A stretch of 64,000 nt of DNA from the human T2T-CHM13v2.0 reference genome, Homo sapiens. Shown one piece after another: positions 58,614 to 64,000 of the stretch (position 1 is its first letter; every line of letters begins with the position of its first letter). Made by a program: the position numbers and the translations under genes. The stretch is from NCBI RefSeq assembly GCF_009914755.1, contig NC_060930.1. One strand, written 5' to 3'. The notes under the pieces were generated by a model, which saw only the letters and a program-made list of their open reading frames with translations, did not search any database and was not told the origin of the DNA.

Positions 58614-58956
58614 CAGTAATGCATCACTTAACGACAGGAGTACATTCTGAGAAACATGTTGTTAGGCAATTTTGTTGTGCAAATATTACAGAGTGTACTT
58701 ACATGAATCTAGAACCTAGATAGCCTACTATACACCTAGGCTATATGGTATAGCCTACTGCTCCTAGACTATAAACCTGTGCGGCATGTTGCTGTACTGA
58801 ATATTGTAGGCAGTTGTAACACAATGGTAAGTATTTGTGTATCAAAACATATCTAAACATAGAAAAGGTACAGTCAAAATACGGTTTATAATCTTATGAG
58901 GCTACTATGGTACATGTGGTCCACTGTTGACCAAAATTTAGTTATGGGCATGACTG
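58614..58956. mobile_element. Tigger3a/MER7A (TcMar-Tigger MITE)
   Basis: cagtaatgcatcacttaacgac ... gcatgactg followed by TA. Confidence 0.88.
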
Positions 58957-59924
58957 TATATACACACACATATATAAAGTTGTTTGACTAAGGAAAATAT
59001 CCAAATTCATAAAATCATCCATTTTTATAAAGCTTTTTTTATACTTTCATTTTTTATTTGGAAAGTTAACAGTCTCAGGTAGTTCTTCTTTGGTTCAGTT
59101 GCATAGCACTTCTCTCTGTGCTGGTGAAATCTAGTAACTCCTTATTAGGCTAAGCTAAATATACTCTGGTTGACATTTTATGTTGGCTTAGCTGTTTAGT
59201 CAGGAGGTATAATTGTTAATAATATTTAGCCATAATAAATGAAGTTGTCTCACAGTATGTATTTTAAAAAATGGCAACATATGGTTCAAAACAGAGACTC
59301 CTAATTAGACAATTATTGAGCAACAGGAAAGGATGTTTTCAAATTTGTATACTTATGGTTGTACTCTAAAATCTAGTAGTTTCCTGATGCAGTTTTATAG
59401 TTTTCTATCATTAGTTACACATACCATATCCACATTATTAAGAATAAATTTGCTCACTGGAGTTACAGCTTCTTTAATATTATTTATGTGAGACTTCTTT
59501 AAAAAGGGAAGAAATAATAATGTTTAGCCTTTCAACAAGTTAGTCTATTGAGTAGCTGCTATGCACTGATGCCCTGAAGCACAGCAGTGAAAAAACAGTC
59601 TGTCCTGTCATAGGGCTTCTAGTCTGATATTGGGCTGATTCACCACTTTTGGTTTAAAATCCTAGTTTCTCTTGTCTTTAATATCTGTCTGTCTCTCTTC
59701 ATCTTTCTTTTTCTGTGAATACACACATGCTATGTGTGTATATGTATCTATATACACACACACACACACACTTATATTGTGTATGTGTATATATACATAT
59801 ATTTTTAATTAAAGATATATAATTCATATATATTCCTTAAAGATACATATATATATATATATGAATATATATTCTAATAAATAATGTAACAGTATAAGTA
59901 TCTTGTTTGGGATAATACATATTA

Positions 59925-60384
59925 TGTGTTAGGCTTCTTCAGAGAGACAGAATCAAAAGGAGATAGATAGATGAGAGGGGATTTATTAAGGGGTTCGTTT
60001 TATGTGCTTAGCGAGGCTGAGAAGTCCTGCAACAGGCTGTCTGTAAGCTAGAGATTCTGGGATGCTGGTAGAGAGGCTCAGACTAAGTCTAAAGGCCTCA
60101 GAACCGGAGAAGACAATAGCGTTACTCTGAGAACCCAGGGCGAGGGAGTAGGGAGGCGGTTCTGGTGTAAGTCCCGGAGTCCAAAGGGCTGGAGCCTAGA
60201 GTTGTTGCCCAAGGATTGGAGAGGAAGGATATATCCCAGCCCAGCAAATAGACGGGCACATTTACCTTTTCTCCTTTTTTCCTTCGGACTCCCAGCAGAT
60301 TGGATGGTGCCTGACTGCAATAAGGACAGATCTTCAAGTTAACACCTCAACTTAACTATTTGACACCTCAAATTAACCATCACA
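59925..60384 (-). mobile_element. MLT2B-type ERVL LTR
   Basis: Ends aattaaccatcaca (reverse complement TGTGATGGTTAAT); gaggctgagaagtcc...gattggatggtgcc. Confidence 0.85.
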
Positions 60385-63300
60385 ACATATATATATATAT
60401 TTATTATAAAAATCTATAAATCAGGACATGAATTGTTTATATATAAGAATAATACATAGTTTAAGAATTTTAATTCTGCCTTTAAATACGCTGTACTATG
60501 TATCCTCAGTTTCCCACTTAATGTTCTGGTTCTGTATTATGTCTGCCATATTAATTTTTATCATAGAATTTTGCTTCTGTGTTGTTTAAAACAAAACAAA
60601 ACACAGTGATTGACAAGGCACTGTTTCTGCTGAAAAGTTCAGAAGCATTCAAAGATCACTGACAGGTTCTGTTTTCACCTGTTCCTCATCAGCTTTTCAT
60701 GGTTCAGGTGCCTGAGGAGAAACGGTCATCAAGCTGAGTCAGAGATTCACATTTTCAGGGGTTTGAAGGGGCAATGGGTTGAGACACTCCCCTTTCTGTT
60801 TAGAAGGTACCAGAGGAAATATTCAACAAAATTTTGTTATTCTTCCTTAAAAAGCATCAACCTTATAAACATCTTTTCATCACTGGTCTGTAGTTCTGTT
60901 GAATAAAATGTTCTAAAGCAGCAAACACTGGGTCTGATGCATTGGGATTAAAGGTAAGGATCAGGGGAGCAGCCCAAGGGGGCAGGATGCCCAGATGGCT
61001 CTGAGGCTCCCCCAGGCACCGGGAGAGTGAGTACCTGCCTTTTCCCAGCCCCAGGTTGCTGATGTGGGGGCTAGTATCTAAGCAGTGATCCTGATGAGGG
61101 GAGTAGACAATGCAAGGTGTGTACATGTATTCCTTGATGTATTATTTGATGAGAGTTAGTAAAAAAAAAAAAAGCATCCATTTTAGCAGCACTCATGCAT
61201 TCTATCACTGATGCTCAAGTTAACAACATGAAGACATAAATTATAGTTTTCACCTTTACACTATAACTCTTAGGGTTATAATTTTCTTCCAGACTCCCCC
61301 CCAGTTCTTTCTTTCAAGCTGTAGTTAGAATGTAGGTCTTATGCTTCAAGTTACTGTTTGCTACTTTATTTGCAAATGTTTTTTCCTCAATATGAGGCCA
61401 TTGCTGTAAGATGTCCTGGCATGGGGAGTGGTATCATATTGTTGTTTCTAAAAGTGGTCCTGAAACAGTTCAGTATTGAAGGCAGTGTAGATATACTTAA
61501 TATTAATCTCCCCACTTGATTTTGTTAAAAAACCTGACCTTTGACATTTTCTAGATTAGATATTGGACTCTTTGATGGTTGCAGCTTATTGAGAATTTGG
61601 AGATTTGTCTTGAATGCCTTTCTTCAGCCATTCCTCCCTCCCCACTGTCTTGCTCACTGATCAGCAGCTTGCTGCTGCTCCAGGCCAGCTGCAATATTAT
61701 GGTTTCAGTGTCACTGATGCAGTCAGTTGTGTTCCGATTTCAGAATTACGGTTGGCAGTCCCAGGGTAAAGTGATACGCTTTGGCATCATAAAGTTGTAG
61801 GACCGGGGAGCAATAACATTGAAAGCTATGTCAAGATTCCACCCTCATGGAGGTTTCCTGGTTACATTTGAGGCTATGGTTTAAAATACATGAACTTCAC
61901 ATAGTATAGGTAAAATGTGTGAAAAGGGTGCATTTATAAATACAACCACACATATTTATAGGTCATACAATTTTATAGTAGATGTGAGAAATGGTCATTT
62001 TTCTTTGAGACAGATTTATAAATGATTTCTTAAGTTATTTGGGTCTCCAGGTAGCCAAAAGAATAATGATACCCTAACATGTTTCTTTTAATTTATTGGA
62101 AATAACGATGACATTAATCATCATCAGAACTAAAGGAATACTGTAAAGTAGATTCAAAAACACCAATTTATATGCTTAATAAAAATTAATTTATGATGAG
62201 TAAAGCCAAAAACCCAATTCTGAATTTTATTTTTGAATGTAGTTAAGATGCACCAAGTGAAGGTGGAGATGTAGGTAACCTCTGGGACCATGACAGTAGT
62301 GATGATGAGGAGATAAATATCCACAACTCCAACCCCACACCATGACTCTATGAAAAGAACTTCCTATCTTATCCTCATCATTTAGGTCTTTGGATTTTCC
62401 AGCCCCTATTTTGTATTGGTCCTGAATTAAACCTGGTTACTTTCATGGTATCACCTTTATTTTCTTCCTTTGCTTTAAAACATTGGTTGTGGCTTTTTTA
62501 CTTCCTCTTCATACCTGTTGATATACTGGTTCTAGACACCACTCTCACCGCTAGTTGCCTGGCCCAGCTGCCAATACTGATGGCCAAAATAAGCAATTTA
62601 GTAAAAACTGGTGGTAATGGTGGGTGTGTGTGTGTGGGGGGGGTAATAAAATACAATCTTACCATTTATCTTTTATGTAATGTTTTGAGAAAACTGTATT
62701 TTGGGTAACTTACTAAAACTTCTTTTAGTCAGTAAAACTGCATCTCATCCATTGCGGATGTTCTTGGTACAAGATTTCTCCTATGAGGGACTACAAATTA
62801 TTGGGTCTCTTGAAACTGGAAACAGACTCTCACTCTTCCAGTAGTATATAAACACACTGGAGGGCTCCTGGTAAGGGCCCTAGGAGTGCTTCAGAAGTAC
62901 GGTACATCACCAAGTACAATATGGGGAAGAGCTTCAGAGCCATAGAATCCTTTTTCCTGCATATTTAAAATTCCAAATGCCATAATTACCCATTTATGAT
63001 GTCATTTTGGAACATATAGCAAGACTACTGAATGCTTAAATTTACACATTATCTTGACTAGTTCATTGTTTTTCTGGGTTTTAGAAACACGTGGTGAAGA
63101 TATGGCTCAAATTTCTTTTGAACCACTGGGTCTGCTTTGCTAAATGTAACTTTACAACAAAATGGATGTTTATACTGGTAAATATCCACAAGATATTTGG
63201 GAAGGCCGGAATGGAAGTCTGCCTGATTCGGTGTATAATTTTGTGGGCAAAGATAACATAACAGAAAGTACATCTTGATATTTGGAAAAAAAAGATCATT

Positions 63301-64000
63301 TTGCCAAAGATGTTTCCTTAAAGTATAGGTTGCAAACTCTTGGACAGAATCTGGCCTGGGGAGACATGTTTTGCTTGGCTTTCATAGTATTCAAAAAGAA
63401 TAAAAAGGAAATGAGTTTGGCCCCCTAAGTCAGAGACTGTGTTCTCTGGTTGTCCACACCACCTTCCACTGCTTATTACCTTAGTTATTCCCATTACTTC
63501 TTGAGGTCATGAGATATTTGTTTCGTGACTCTTGCTAAATGAAAGCTCTTTGCAGTCTGTGATTTGTGTACCTCATCCTTTAAGTTGTTGTCACACTGGG
63601 AAGATGAACCTCCTTTTCTTCCTTTTTCTTTTTATTCTTGGCTTCTTTTCCAATTCGGGCAATAGCAGGCCTCAAGTGGACTTTGGGAAAGGACAAATGG
63701 AAGGATAGGAGGAAAGCACGTCCATGCTCTCCAGCAGTGGTCCTTGGCTGTCAGAAGGGATGGAGACAACCAGGGGAAAGCATCCTCACTGCCAGTCTGT
63801 GGCCAGGGGAGGAGGGGGAAAGAAAACTTGTTACTCAACTTGCCTTCCTGTCTGCTTGCTTCTTGTCCCTGTATTTTTCAGACATTTGCAGCTGAGGCCA
63901 ATTTATCCCTACTCATTCACTCAGCAAATAGTTTTGAGGTCTGCTGAATGTGGAGCATCATACCCTGAGAGTGGTAGGCAGTAGGGGAAGATACCACGAG

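Overview
Human (or very closely related ape) genomic DNA, AT-rich and repeat-rich, lying entirely inside BCKDHB (branched-chain keto-acid dehydrogenase E1-beta, a maple syrup urine disease gene) on the + strand. Only two coding exons are present: 3345-3442 (98 nt) and 5513-5623 (111 nt), canonical exons 7 and 8 by recalled numbering. The rest is the end of intron 6, intron 7 and the first ~58 kb of intron 8. The supplied ORF track is essentially noise (Alu/L1 fragments and chance ORFs) and misses both real exons. I found no new gene or provably new biological system. The best leads are: (i) dual acceptor/donor (recursive-splice-like or poison-exon) sites in intron 8 at 30613 and 35529; (ii) an L1PA copy with several separate rearrangement scars, including an in-frame ORF1-ORF2 fusion; (iii) a very young AluYk11-like insertion; (iv) an intact GATA-rich MER11 solo LTR; (v) DR1 and p53-like elements. 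Repeat subfamily calls are from recognition of consensus sequences, not from a RepeatMasker run, and the boundaries of old repeats are approximate.
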